Source: the human T2T-CHM13v2.0 reference genome, Homo sapiens. Taken from it: a stretch of 64,000 nucleotides of DNA. Within the stretch, counting starts at the first letter, position 1. The number at the start of each line of letters is the position of its first letter. Positions 25,890 through 39,860 of the stretch are shown piece after piece. A program made the position numbers and the translations under genes. The stretch lies in contig CP068257.2 in the NCBI GenBank assembly GCA_009914755.4, positions 11,264,001 through 11,328,000 of the forward strand, in the 5' to 3' direction. The notes below the pieces were generated by a model that saw only the letters and a list, made by a program, of their open reading frames with translations, was not told the origin of the DNA and ran no database searches.

Positions 25890-28800
25890 AAGCGCTCAAA
25901 ATGTCCACTTCCAGATTCTTCCAAAAGAGTGTTTCAAACGTGCTCAAAGTAAGGGAATGTTCAACTCTGTGACTTGAATGCAGATATCACCAAGTAGTTT
26001 CTAATAGTGCTTCTGTCTACATTTTAGATGATGATATTCCCGTTTCCAATGAAATCGTTAAATCTATCCAAATATCCACTTACAGTTTCTACAAAAAGAG
26101 TGTTTCCAAACTGCTGCATCAAAAGGAAGGTTCAACTCTGTTAGTTGAGGACACACATCACAAAGATGTTTGTGAGAATGCTTCTGTCTAGATTTTGTAT
26201 GACCATATTCCCTTTTCCAACGATATCGTTAAAGAAATCTAAATATCAATTTGCAGAATCCACAAAAATAGAGTTTCAAAGCTGCTCTGTAAAAAGAAAG
26301 GTTCCACTCTGTTAGCTGAGTACACACATCACAAACTTGTTTCTGAGAATCCTTCTGTCTCGTTTTTATGGGAAGATATTTACTTTTTCACCGTAGGCAT
26401 CAAAGCGCTCCAAATGTCCACATCCAGATACTCCAGAAAGAGTGTTTCAAACCTGCTCTATGAAAGGGAATCTTCAACTCTATGAGTTGAATGCAGACAT
26501 CAGAAAGAAATTTCTGAGAATGCTGCTGTCTACCTTTTATTTGAATTCCCGCTTCCAACGAAATCCTCCAAGCTATCCAAATATCCACCTGCATTTTCCA
26601 CAAAAAGAGTGTTTCAAAACTGCTCTATCAATAGAAATGTTCAACTCCTTTGGCTGGGTACACACATCACAAACAAGTTTCTGAGAATGCTTCTGTCTAG
26701 TTTTTATGGGAAGACATTCCCTTTTTCACCAAAGGCATCAAAGCGCTCCAAATGTCCACTTCCAGACACTACAAAAAGAGTGTTTCAAACGTGCTCTAAG
26801 AAAGCGAATGTTCAACTCTGTGACTTGAATGCAGATATCACAAAGTAGTTTCTGAGAGGGCTTCTGTCTAGATTTTAGATGATGATATTCCCGATTACAA
26901 AGAAATCGTTAGAGCTATCCAAATATCCACTTACAGTTTCTACAAAAAGAGTGTTTCCAAACTGCTGCATCAAAAGAAAGATTCAACTCTGTTAGTTGAG
27001 GACACACATCACAAAGAAGTTTGTGAGAATGCTTCTGTCTAGATTTTGTATGACGATATTCCCTTTTCCAACGATATCGTTAAAGCAATCTAAATATCAA
27101 TTTGCAGAATCCACAAAAATAGAGTTTCAAAGCTGCTCTGTAAAAAGAAAGGTTCCGCTCTGTTAGCTGAGTACACACATCACAAACTTGTTTCTGAGAA
27201 TCCTTCTGTCTCGTTTTTATGGGAAGATATTTACTTTTTCACCGTAGGCATCAAAGCGCTCCAAATGTCCACATCCAGATACTACAGAAAGAGTATTTCA
27301 AACCTGCTCTATGAAAGGGAATCTTCAACTCTATGAGTTGAATGCAGACATCAGAAAGAAATTTCTGAGAATGCTGCTGTCTATCTTTTATTTGAATTCC
27401 CGTTTCCAACGAAATCCTCCAAGCTATCCAAATATCCACTTGCAGATTCCACAGAAAGAGTGTTTCAAAACTGCTCTCTATCAATGGCAAAGTTCAACTC
27501 TGTCAGTTGAGGACACATATCTCCAACAAGTTTCTGAGAATGCTTCTGTCTATTTTTTATGGGAAGATATTTCCTTTTTCACCGTAGGCGTCAAGGCGAT
27601 CGAAATGTCCACTTCCACAAACTACAAAAAGAGTGTTTCAAACCTGCTCTATGAAAGGCCATGTTCATCTCTATGAGTTGAATGGAAATATCCGAAAGAA
27701 ATTTCTGGGAATGCTGCTGTCTAGTTTTTATACGAATTCCCGCTTCCAACGAAATCCTCAAAGCAATCCAAATATCCACTTGCAGAATCCACAAAAAGAG
27801 TGTTTCAAAACTGCTCTATCAATAGAAAGGTTCAACTCTTTTAGTTGAGTACACACATCACGAACAAGTTTCTCAGAATGCTTCTGTCTGGCTTTTATTG
27901 GAAGACGTTTCCTTTTCACCAAAGGCATCAAAGCGCTCCAAATGTCCACTTCCAGATTCTTCCAAAAGAGTGTTTCAAACGTGCTCAAAGTAAGGGAATG
28001 TTCAACTCTGTGACTTGAATGCAGATATCACCAAGTAGTTTCTAATAGTGCTTCTGTCTAGATTTTAGATGATGATATTCCCGTTTCCAACGAAATCGTT
28101 AGAGCTATCCAAATATCCACTTACAGTTTCTACAAAAAGAGTGTTTCCAAACTGCTGCATCAAAAGAAAGGTTCAACTCTGTTAGTTGAGGACACACATC
28201 ACAAAGAAGTTTGTGAGAATGCTTTTGTCTAGATTTTGTGTGACCATATTCCCTTTTCCAACGATATCGTTAAAGCAATCTAAATATCAATTTGCAGAAT
28301 CCACAAAAATAGAGTTTCAAAGCTGCTCTTTAAAAAGAAGGGTTCCACTCTGTTAGCTGAGTACACACATCACAAACTTGTTTCTGAGAAACCTTCTGTC
28401 TCGTTTTTATGGGAAGATATTTACTTTTTCACCGTAGGCATCAAAGCGCTCCAAATGTCCACATCCAGATACTCCAGAAAGAGTGTTTCAAACCTGCTCT
28501 ATGAAAGGGAATCTTCAACTCTATGAGTTGAATGCAGACATCAGAAAGAAATTTCTGAGAATGCTGCTGTCTACCTTTTATTTGAATTCCCGCTTCCAAC
28601 GAAATCCTCCAAGCTATCCAAATATCCACCTGCATTTTCCACAAAAAAAGTGTTTCAAAACTGCTCTATCAATAGAAATGTTCAACTCCTTTGTCTGGGT
28701 ACACACATCACAAACAAGTTTCTGAGAATGCTTCTGTCTAGTTTTTATGGGAAGACATTCCCTTTTTCACCAAAGGCATCAAAGCGCTCCAAATGTCCAC

Positions 28801-29990
28801 TTCCAGACACTACAAAAAGAGTGTTTCAAACGTGCTCTAAGAAAGCGAATGTTCAACTCTGTGACTTGAATGCAGATATCACCAAGTAGTTTCTGAGAGG
28901 GCTTCTGTCTAGATTTTAGATGATGATATTCCCGCTTCCAACGAAATCATTAGAGCTATCCAAATATCCACTTACAGTTTCTACAAAAAGAGTGTTTCCA
29001 AACTGCTGCATCAAAAGAATGGTTCAACTCTGTTAGTTGAGGACACACATCACAAAGAAGTTTGTGAGAATGCTTCTGTCTAGATTTTGTATGACGATAT
29101 TCCCTTTTCCAACGATATCGTTAAAGCAATCTAAATATCAATTTGCAGAATCCACAAAAATAGAGTTTCAAAGCTGCTCGGTAAAAAGAAAGGTTCCACT
29201 CTGTTAGCTGAGTACACACATCACAAACTTGTTTCTGAGAATCCTTCTGTCTCGTTTTTATGGGAAGATATTTCCTTTTTCACCGTAGGCATCAAAGCGC
29301 TCAAAATGTCCACTTCCAGATTCTTCCAAAAGAGTGTTTCAAACGTGCTCAAAGTAAGGGAATGTTCAACTCTGTGACTTGAATGCAGATATCACCAAGT
29401 AGTTTCTAATAGTGCTTCTGTCTAGATTTTAGATGATGATATTCCCGTTTCCAACGAAATCGTTACAGCTATCCAAATATCCACTTACAGTTTCTACAAA
29501 AAGAGTGTTTGCAAACTGCTGCATCAAAAGAAAGGTTCAACTCTGTTAGTTGAGGACACACATCACAAAGAAGTTTGTGAGAATGCTTCTGTCTAGATTT
29601 TGTATGACCATATTCCCTTTTCCAACGATATCATTAAAGCAATCTAAATATCCATTTGCAGAATCCACAAAAATAGAGTTTCAAAGCTGCTCTGTAAAAA
29701 GAAAAGTTCCACTCTGTTAGCTGAGTACACACATCACAAACTTGTTTCTGAGAATCCTTCTGTCTCGTTTTTATGGGAAGATATTTACTTTTTCACCGTA
29801 GGCATCAAAGCGCTCCAAATGTCCACATCCAGATACTCCAGAAAGAGTGTTTCAAACCTGCTCTATGAAAGGGAATCTTCAACTCTATGAGTTGAATGCA
29901 GACATCAGAAAGAAATTTCTGAGAATGCTGCTGTCTACCTTTCATTTGAATTCCCGCTTCCAACGAAATCCTCCAGTCTATCCAAATATC
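25890..29990 (-). repeat. Zone of rearranged HOR variants (7-, 8- and 5-monomer register steps) produced by exchanges between paralogous monomers; still >97% identical to canonical monomers
   Basis: Marker steps are 25207 to 26400 = 1,193 (7 monomers), 26400 to 27251 = 851 (vs canonical 680), and 28441 to 29805 = 1,364 (8 monomers). Jumps run from rel ~1450 back to rel ~620 at ~26,950 and ~28,990. The hybrid junction gcgctcaaaatgtccacttccagattcttcc occurs at ~25,897 and ~29,298. Confidence 0.75.
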
Positions 29991-32185
29991 CACTTGCAGA
30001 TTCCACAAAAAGAGTGTTTCTAAACTGCTCTATCAATGGCAAGGTTCAACTCTGTCAGTTGAGGATACACATCACAAACAAGTTTCTGAGAATTCTTCAA
30101 TTTTTTTACGGGAAGACATTTCCTTTTTCACCGTAGGCGTCAAAGCGATCGAAATGTCTTCATCCATACAATACAAAAAGTGTGTTTCAAACCTGCTCTA
30201 TGAAAGGGAATGTTCATCTCTATGTGTTGAATGGAAATATCAGAAAGAAATTTCTGAGAATGCTGCTACTTTTTTATGAATTCCCGCTTCCAACGAAATC
30301 CTCAAAGCAATCCAAATATCCACTTGCAGATTCCACAAAAAGAGTGTTTCAAAACTGCTCTATCAAGAGAAAGGTTCAACTCTTTTAGTTGAGTACACAC
30401 ATCACATACAAGTTTCTGAGAAAGCTTCTGTCTACTTTTTAAGGGAAGACATTTCCTTTTTCACCAAATGCATCAAAGCGCTCCAAATGTCCACTTCCAG
30501 ATTCTACAAAAAGAGTGTTTCAAACCTGCTCTAAGTAAGGGAGTTTTCAACTCTGTGACTGGAATGCAGATATCACAAAGTAGTTTCTGAGACTGATTCT
30601 GTGTATACTTTAGATGAAGGTATTCCCGTTTCCAATGATATCGTTAGACCTACCCAAATATCCACTTACAGTTTCTACAAAAAGAGTGTTTCCAAACTGC
30701 TGCATCTAAAGAAAGGTTCAACTCTGTGAGTTGAGGACACACATCACAAAGAAGTTTCTGAGAAAGCTTCTGTCTAGATTTTGTATGAAGATATTCCCTT
30801 TTCCAACGATATCGTTAAATCAACCCAAATATCAATTTGCAGAATCCACAGAAATAGAGTTTCAAAGCTGCTCTGTAAAAAGAAAGGATCCACTCTGTTA
30901 GCTGAGTACACACATCACAAACTTGTTTCTGAGAATACTTCTGTCTAGTTTTTATGGGAAGATATTTACTTTTTCACCGTAGGTATCAAAGCGCTCCAAA
31001 TGTCCACATCCAGATACTACAGAAAGAGTGTTTCAAACCTGCTCTATGAAAGGGAATCTTCAACTCTATGAGTTGAATGCAGACATCAGAAAGTAATTTC
31101 TGAGAATGCTGCTGTCTACCTTTCATTTGAATTCCCGCTTCCAACGAAATCCTCCAAGCTATCCAAATATTCACTTGCAGATTCCACAAAAAGAGTGTTT
31201 CAAAACTACTCTATCAATAGAAAGGTACAACTGTGTCAGTTGAGGACACACATCACAAACAAGTTTCTGAGAATTCTTCAATTTTTTATGGGAAGACATT
31301 TCCTTTTTCACCGTAGGCGTCAAAGCACTCCAAATGTCCACATCCAGATAGTACAGAAAGAGTGTTTCAAACCTGCTCTATTAAAGGGAATGTTCAACTC
31401 TATGAGTTGAATGCAAACATCAGAAAGAAATTTCTGAGAATGCTGCTGTCTACCTTTTATTTGAATTCCCGCTTCCAACGAAAACCTCCAAGCTATCCAA
31501 ATATCCACTTGCAGATTCCACAAAAAGAGTGTTTCAAAACTGCTCTATCAATAGAAATGTTCAACTCCTTTCGCTGGGTACACACATCACAAACAAGTTT
31601 CTGAGAAAGCTTCTGTCTAGTTTTTATGGGAAGACATTTCCTTTTTCACCAAAGGCATCAAAGAGCTCCAAATGTCCACTTCCAGATACTACAAAAAGAG
31701 TGTTTCAAAAGTGCTCTAAGAAAGCGAATGTTCAACTCTGTGACTTGAATGCAGATATCACAAAGTAGTTTCTGAGAGTGCTTCTGTCTAGTTTTTACAT
31801 GATGATATTCCCGTTTCCAACGAAATCATCAGAGCTATCCAAATATCCACTTACAGTTTCTACAAAAAGAGTGTTTCCAAACTGCTGCATCAAAAGAGAG
31901 GTTCCACTCTGTTAGCTGAGTACACACATCACAAACTTGTTTCTGAGAATCCTTCTGTCTAGCTTTTATGGGAAGATATTTTCTTTTTCACCGTAGGCAT
32001 CAAAGCGTTCCAAATGTCCACATCCAGATAGTACAGAAAGAGCGTTTCAAACCTGCTCTATGAAAGGGAATGTTCAACTCTATGAGTTGAATGCAAACGT
32101 CACAAAGAAATTTCTGAGAATGCTGCTGTCTACCTTTCATTTGAATTCCCGCTTCCAACGAAATCCTCCAGGCTATCCAAATATC
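29990..32185 (-). repeat. Diverged HOR, copy A: 13 monomers, 2,195 bp, ~90-95% identity to the canonical HOR
   Basis: ORFs at 30182, 30986, 31195, 31320, 31362 and 31529 recur at +2,195 (32377, 33181, 33390, 33515, 33557, 33724) with 0-3 aa differences. ttccacaaaaagagtgtttctaaactgctc is at 30001 and 32196. Confidence 0.75.
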
Positions 32186-33970
32186 CACTTGCAGATTCCA
32201 CAAAAAGAGTGTTTCTAAACTGCTCTATCAATGGCAAGGTTCAACTCTGTCAGTTGAGGATACACATCACAAACAAGTTTCTGAGAATTCTTCAATTTTT
32301 TTATGGGAAGATATTTCCTTTTTCACCGTAGGCGTCAAAGCGATCGAAATGTCTTCATCCATACAATACAAAAAGTGTGTTTCAAACCTGCTCTATGAAA
32401 GGGAATGTTCATCTCTATGTGTTGAATGGAAATATCAGAAAGAAATTTCTGAGAATGCTGCTACTTTTTTATGAATTCCCGCTTCCAACGAAATCCTCAA
32501 AGCAATCCAAATATCCACTTGCAGATTCCACAAAAAGAGTGTTTCAAAACTGCTCTATCAAGAGAAAGGTTCAACTCTTTTAGTTGAGTACACACATCAC
32601 ATACAAGTTTCTGAGAAAGCTTCTGTCTACTTTTTAAGGGAAGACATTTCCTTTTTCACCAAATGCATCAAAGCGCTCCAAATGTCCACTTCCAGATTCT
32701 ACAAAAAGAGTGTTTCAAACCTGCTCTAAGTAAGGGAGTTTTCAACTCTGTGACTGGAATGCAGATATCACAAAGTAGTTTCTGAGACTGATTCTGTGTA
32801 TACTTTAGATGAAGGTATTCCCGTTTCCAATGATATCGTTAGATCTACCCAAATATCCACTTACAGTTTCTACTAAAAGAGTGTTTCCAAACTGCTGCAT
32901 CTAAAGAAAGTTTCAACTCTGTGAGTTGAGGACGCACATCACAAAGAAATTTCTGAGAAAGCTTCTGTCTAGATTTTGTATGAAGATATTCCCTTTTCCA
33001 ACGATATCGTTAAATCAACCCAAATATCAATTTGCAGAATCCACAGAAATAGAGTTTCAAAGCTGCTCTGTAAAAAGAAAGGATCCACTCTGTTAGCTGA
33101 GTACACACATCACAAACTTGTTTCTGAGAATCCTTCTGTCTAGTTTTTATGGGAAGATATTTACTTTTTCACCGTAGGTATCAAAGCGCTCCAAATGTCC
33201 ACATCCAGATACTACAGAAAGAGTGTTTCAAACCTGCTCTATGAAAGGGAATCTTCAACTCTATGAGTTGAATGCAGACATCAGAAAGTAATTTCTGAGA
33301 ATGCTGCTGTCTACCTTTCATTTGAATTCCCGCTTCCAACGAAATCCTCCAAGCTATCCAAATATTCACTTGCAGATTCCACAAAAAGAGTGTTTCAAAA
33401 CTACTCTATCAATAGAAAGGTACAACTGTGTCAGTTGAGGACACACATCACAAACAAGTTTCTCAGAATTCTTCAATTTTTTATGGGAAGACATTTCCTT
33501 TTTCACCGTAGGCGTCAAAGCACTCCAAATGTCCACATCCAGATAGTACAGAAAGAGTGTTTCAAACCTGCTCTATTAAAGGGAATGTTCAACTCTATGA
33601 GTTGAATGCAAACATCAGAAAGAAATTTCTGAGAACGCTGCTGTCTACCTTTTATTTGATTTCCCGCTTCCAACGAAAACCTCCAAGCTATCCAAATATC
33701 CACTTGCAGATTCCACAAAAAGAGTGTTTCAAAACTGCTCTATCAATAGAAATGTTCAACTCCTTTCGCTGGGTACACACATCACAAACAAGTTTCTGAG
33801 AAAGCTTCTGTCTAGTTTTTATGGGAAGACATTTCCTTTTTCACCAAAGGCATCAAAGAGCTCCAAATGTCCACTTCCAGATACTACAAAAAGAGTGTTT
33901 CAAAAGTGCTCTAAGAAAGCGAATGTTCAACTCTGTGACTTGAATGCAGATATCACAAAGTAGTTTCTGA
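32186..33970 (-). repeat. Diverged HOR, copy B (truncated at ~1,785 bp); ~98-99% identical to copy A. It blends into the canonical HOR at ~33,960-33,990.
   Basis: As for copy A. The diverged marker gtttttacatgatgat (31,790) is replaced by canonical gattttagatgatgat at 33,985. Confidence 0.75.
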
Positions 33971-36900
33971 GAGTGCTTCTGTCTAGATTTTAGATGATGA
34001 TATTCCCGTTTCCAACGAAATCATTAGAGCTATCGAAATATCCACTTACAGTTTCTACAAAAAGAGTGTTTCCAAACTGCTGCATCAAAAGAGAGGTTCC
34101 ACTCTGTTAGCTGAGTACACACATCACAAACTTGTTTCTCAGAATCCTTCTGTCTCGTTTTTATGGGAAGATATTTACTTTTTCACCGTAGGCATCAAAG
34201 CGCTCCAAATGTCCACATCCAGATACTCCAGAAAGAGTGTTTCAAACCTGCTCTATGAAAGGGAATCTTCAACTCTATGAGTTGAATGCAGACATCAGAA
34301 AGAAATTTCTGAGAATGCTGCTGTCTACCTTTTATTTGAATTCCCGATTCCAACGAAATCCTCCAAGCTATCCAAATATCCACTTGCAGATTCCACAAAA
34401 AGAGTGTTTCAAAACTGCTCTCTATCAATGGCAAAGTTCAACTCTGTTAGTTGAGGACACATATCACCAACAAGTTTCTGAGAATGCTTCTGTCTATTTT
34501 TTATGGGAAGATATTTCCTTTTTCACCGTAGGCGTCAAGGCGATCGAAATGTCCACTTCCACAAACTACAAAAAGAGTGTTTCAAACCTGCTCTATGAAA
34601 GGCCATGTTCATCTCTATGAGTTGAATGGAAATATCCGAAAGAAATTTCTGGGAATGCTGCTGTCTAGTTTTTATATGAATTCCCGCTTCCAACGAAATC
34701 CTCAAAGCAATCCAAATATCCACTTGCAGAATCCACAAAAAGAGTGTTGCAAAACTGCTCTATCAATAGAAAGGTTCAACTCTTTTAGTTGAGTACACAC
34801 ATCACAAACAAGTTTCTGAGAATGCTTCTGTCTGGCTTTTATTGGAAGACGTTTCCTTTTCACCAAAGGCATCAAAGCGTTACAAATGTCCACTTCCAGA
34901 TTCTTCCAAAAGAGTGTTTCAAACGTGCTCAAAGTAAGGGAATGTTCAACTCTGTGACTTGAATGCAGATATCACCAAGTAGTTTCTAATGGTGCTTCTG
35001 TCTAGATTTTAGATAATGATATTCCCGTTTCCAACAAAATCGTTAGAGCTATCCAAATATCCACTTACAGTTTCTACAAAAAGAGCGTTTCCAAACTGCT
35101 GCATCAAAAGAAAGGTTCAACTCTGTTAGTTGAGGACACACATCACAAAGAAGTTTGTGAGAATGCTTCTGTCTAGATTTTGTATGACCATATTCCCTTT
35201 TCCAACGATATCATTAAAGCAATCTAAATATCAATTTGCAGAATCCACAAAAATAGAGTTTCAAAGCTGCTCTGTAAAAAGAAAGGTTCCACTCTGTTAG
35301 CTGAGTACACACATCACAAACTTGTTTCTGAGAATCCTTCTGTCTCGTTATTATGGGAAGATATTTACTTTTTCACCGTAGGCATCAAAGCGCTCCAAAT
35401 GTCCACATCCAGATACTCCAGAAAGAGTGTTTCAAACCTGCTCTATGAAAGGGAATCTTCAACTCTATGAGTTGAATGCAGACATCAGAAAGAAATTTCT
35501 GAGAATGCTGCTGTCTACCTTTTATTTGAATTCCCGCTTCCAACGAAATCCTCCAAGCTATCCAAATATCCACCTGCATTTTCCACAAAAAGAGAGTTTC
35601 AAAACTGCTCTATCAATAGAAATGTTCATCTCCTTTGGCTGGGTACACACATCACAAACAAGTTTCTGAGAATGCTTCTGTCTAGTTTTTATGGGAAGAC
35701 ATTCCCTTTTTCACCAAAGGCATCAAAGCGCTCCAAATGTCCACTTCCAGACACTACAAAAAGTGTGTTTCCAACGTGCTCTAAGAAAGCGAATGTTCAA
35801 CTCTGTGACTTGAATGCAGATATCACAAAGTAGTTTCTGAGAGGGCTTCTGTCTAGATATTAGATGATGATATTCCCGTTTCCAACGAAATCATTAGAGC
35901 TATCCAAATATCCACTTACAGTTTCTACAAAAAGAGTGTTTCCAAACTGCTGCATCAAAAGAGAGGTTCCACTCTGTTAGCTGAGTACACACATCACAAA
36001 CTTGTTTCTCAGAATCCTTCTGTCTCGTTTTTATGGGAAGATATTTACTTTCTCACCGCAGGCATCAAAGCGCTCCAAATGTCCACATCCATATACTCCA
36101 GAAAGAGTGTTTCAAACCTGCTCTATGAAAGGGAATCTTCAACTCTATGAGTTGAATGCAGACATCAGAAAGAAATTTCTGAGAATGCTGCTGTCTACCT
36201 TTTATTTGAATTCCCGCTTCCAACGAAATCCTCCAAGCTATCCAAATATCCACTTGCAGATTCCACAAAAAGAGTGTTTCAAAACTGCTCTCTATCAATG
36301 GCAAAGTTCAACTCTGTTAGTTGAGGACACATATCACCAACAAGTTTCTGAGAATGCTTCTGTCTATTTTTTATGGGAAGATATTTCCTTTTTCACCGTA
36401 GGCGTCAAGGCGATCGAAATGTCCACTTCCACAAACTACAAAAAGAGTGTTTCAAACCTGCTCTATGAAAGGCCATGTTCATCTCTATGAGTTGAATGGA
36501 AATATCCGAAAGAAATTTCTGGGAATGCTGCTGTCTAGTGTTTATACGAATTCCCGCTTCCAACGAAATCCTCAAAGCAATCCAAATATCCACTTGCAGA
36601 ATCCACAAAAAGAGTGTTTCAAAACTGCTCTATCAATAGAAAGGTTCAACTCTTTTAGTTGAGTACACACATCACAAACAAGTTTCTGAGAATGCTTCTG
36701 TCTGGCTTTTATTGGAAGACGTTTCCTTTTCAACAAAGGTATCAAAGCGCTCCAAATGTCCACTTCCAGATTCTTCCAAAAGAGTGTTTCAAACGTGCTC
36801 AAAGTAAGGGAATGTTCAACTCTGTGACTTGAATGCAGATATCACCAAGTAGTTTGTAATAGTGCTTCTGTCTAGATTTTAGATGATGATATTCCCGTTT

Positions 36901-39860
36901 CCAACGAAATCGTTAGAGCTATCCAAATATCCACTTACAGTTTCTACAAAAAGAGTGTTTCCAAACTGCTGCATCAAAAGAAAGGTTCAACTCTGTTAGT
37001 TGAGGACACACATCACAAAGAAGTTTGTGAGAATGCTTCTGTCTAGATTTTGTATGACGATATTCCCTTTTCCAACGATATCGTTAAAGCAATCTAAATA
37101 TCAATTTGCAGAATCCACAAAAATAGAGTTTCAAAGCTGCTCTGTAAAAAGAAAGGTTCCACTCTGTTAGCTGAGTACACACATCACAAACTTGTTTCTC
37201 AGAATCCTTCTGTCTCGTTTTTATGGGAAGATATTTACTTTTTCACCGTGGGCATCAAAGCACTCCAAATGTCCACATCCAGATACTCCAGAAAGAGTGT
37301 TTCAAACCTGCTCTATGAAAGGGAATCTTCAACTCTATGAGTTGAATGCAGACATCAGAAAGAAATTTCTGAGAATGCTGCTGTCTACCTTTTATTTGAA
37401 TTCCCGCTTCCAACGAAATCCTCCAAGCTATCCAAATATCCACTTGCATTTTCCACAAAAAGAGTGTTTCAAAACTGCTCTATCAATAGAAATGTTCAAC
37501 TCCTTTGGCTGGGTACACACATCACAAACAAGTTTCTGAGAATGCTTCTGTCTAGTTTTTATGGGAAGACATTCCCTTTTTCACCAAAGGCATCAAAGCG
37601 CTCCAAATGTCCACTTCCAGACACTACAAAAAGAGTGTTTCAAACGTGCTCTAAGAAAGCGAATGTTCAACTCTGTGACTTGAATGCAGATATCACAAAG
37701 CAGATTCTGAGAGGGCTTCTGTCTAGATTTTAGATGATGATATTCCCGTTTCCAACGAAATCATTAGAGCTATCGAAATATCCACTTACAGTTTCTACAA
37801 AAAGAGTGTTTCCAAACTGCTGCATCAAAAGAGAGGTTCCACTCTGTTAGCTGAGTACACACATCACAAACTTGTTTCTGAGAATCCTTCTGTCTCGTTT
37901 TTATGGGAAGATATTTACTTTTTCACCGTAGGCATCAAAGCGCTCCAAATGTCCACATCCAGATACTCCAGAAAGAGTGTTTCAAACCTGCTCTATGAAA
38001 GGGAATCTTCAACTCTTTGAGTTGAATGCAGACATCAGAAAGAAATTTCTGAGAATGCTGCTGTCTACCTTTTATTTGAATTCCCGCTTCCAACGAAATC
38101 CTCCAAGCTATCCAAATATCCACTTGCAGATTCCACAAAAAGAGTGTTTCAAAACTGCTCTCTGTCAATGGCAAAGTTCAACTCTGTTAGTTGAGGACAC
38201 ATATCACCAACAACTTTCTGAGAATGCTTCTGTCTATTTTTTATGGGAAGATATTTCCTTTTTCACCTTAGGCATCAAGGCGATCGAAATGTCCACTTCC
38301 ACAAACTACAAAAAGAGTGTTTCAAACCTGCTCTATGAAAGGCCATGTTCATCTCTATGAGTTGAATGGAAATATCCGAAAGAAATTTCTGGGAATGCTG
38401 CTGTCTAGTTTTTATACGAATTCCCGCTTCCAACGAAATCCTCAAATCAATCCAAATATCCACTTGCAGAATCCACAAAAAGAGTGTTTCAAAACTGCTC
38501 TATGAATAGAAAGGTTCAACTCTTTTAGTTGAGTACACACATCACAAACAAGTTTCTGAGAATGCTGCTGTTGGGCTTTTATTGGAAGACGTTTCCTTTT
38601 CACCAAAGGCATCAAAGCGCTCCAAATGTCCACTTCCAGATTCTTCCAAAAGAGTGTTTCAAACGTGCTCAAAGTAAGGGAATGTTCAACTCTGTGACTT
38701 GAATGCAGATATCAAAAAGTAGTTTCTGAGAGTGCTTCTGTCTAGATTTTAGATGATGATATTCCCGTTTCCAACGAAATCATTAGAGCTATCCAAATAT
38801 CCACTTACAGTTTCTACAAAAAGAGTGTTTCCAAACTGCTGCATCAAAAGAGAGGTTCCACTCTGTTAGCTGAGTACACACATCACAAACTTGTTTCTCA
38901 GAATCCTTCTGTCTCGTTTTTATGGGAAGATATTTACTTTTTCACCGTAGGCATCAAAGCGCTCCAAATGTCCACATCCAGATACTCCAGAAAGAGTGTT
39001 TCAAACCTGCTCTATGAAAGGGAATCTTCAACTCTATGAGTTGAATGCAGACATCAGAAAGAAATTTCTGAGAATGCTGCTGTCTACCTTTTATTTGAAT
39101 TCCCGCTTCCAACGAAATCCTCCAAGCTATCCAAATATCCACCTGCATTTTCCACAAAAAGAGAGTTTCAAAACTGCTCTATCAATAGAAATGTTCAACT
39201 CCTTTGGCTGGGTACACACAGCACAAACAAGTTTCTGAGAATGCTTCTGTCTAGTTTTTATGGGAAGACATTCCCTTTTTCACCAAAGGCATCAGAGCGC
39301 TCCAAAGGTCCACTTTCAGACACTACAAAAAGAGTGTTTCAAACGTGCTCTAAGAAAGCGAATGTTCAACTCTGTGACTTGAATGCAGATATCACAAAGT
39401 AGTTTCTGAGAGGGCTTCTGTCTAGATTTTAGATGATGATATTCCCGTTTCCAACGAAATCATTAGAGCTATCCAAATATCCACTTACAGTTTCTACAAA
39501 AAGAGTGTTTCCAAACTGCTGCATCAAAAGAGAGGTTCCACTCTGTTAGCTGAGTACACACATCACAAACTTGTTTCTCAGAATCCTTCTGTCTCGTTTT
39601 TATGGGAAGATATTTACTTTTTCACCGTAGGCATCAAAGCGCTCCAAATGTCCACATCCAGATACTCCAGAAAGAGTGTTTCAAACCTGCTCTATGAAAG
39701 GGAATCTTCAACTCTATGAGTTGAATGCAGACATCAGAAAGAAATTTCTGAGAATGCTGCTGTCTACCTTTTATTTGAATTCCCGCTTCCAACGAAATCC
39801 TCCAAGCTATCCAAATATCCACTTGCATTTTCCACAAAAAGAGTGTTTCAAAACGGCTCT
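33971..39860 (-). repeat. Resumed canonical-type HOR: full units at 34,484-36,353 and 36,354-38,223, then a rearranged unit at 38,224-39,860 with an m3-to-m9 jump at ~38,700
   Basis: Markers 34195 (+1581), 34535, 34702, 35385, 36065, 36405, 36572, 37255, 37464, 37935, 38275 and 38442 keep the 1,870 register. 37255 to 38954 = 1,699, one monomer short. At 38,701, atatcaaaaagtagtttctgagagtgcttctgtctagattttagatgatgat is an m8/m9-type junction following m3. Confidence 0.75.

Noticed and set aside
29990-34000. A mobile-element or foreign insertion explaining the loss of HOR register around 30 kb
   Set aside because: All the sequence there is alphoid, and the register loss is explained by a diverged 2,195-bp HOR variant and monomer-level unequal exchange.
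36002-36490. 162-aa ORF overlapping a 79-aa antisense ORF inside an HOR unit
   Set aside because: It is created by a point change that removes a stop in one HOR copy. The same DNA in other copies gives split 79/127-aa ORFs, so it is a satellite translation artefact.
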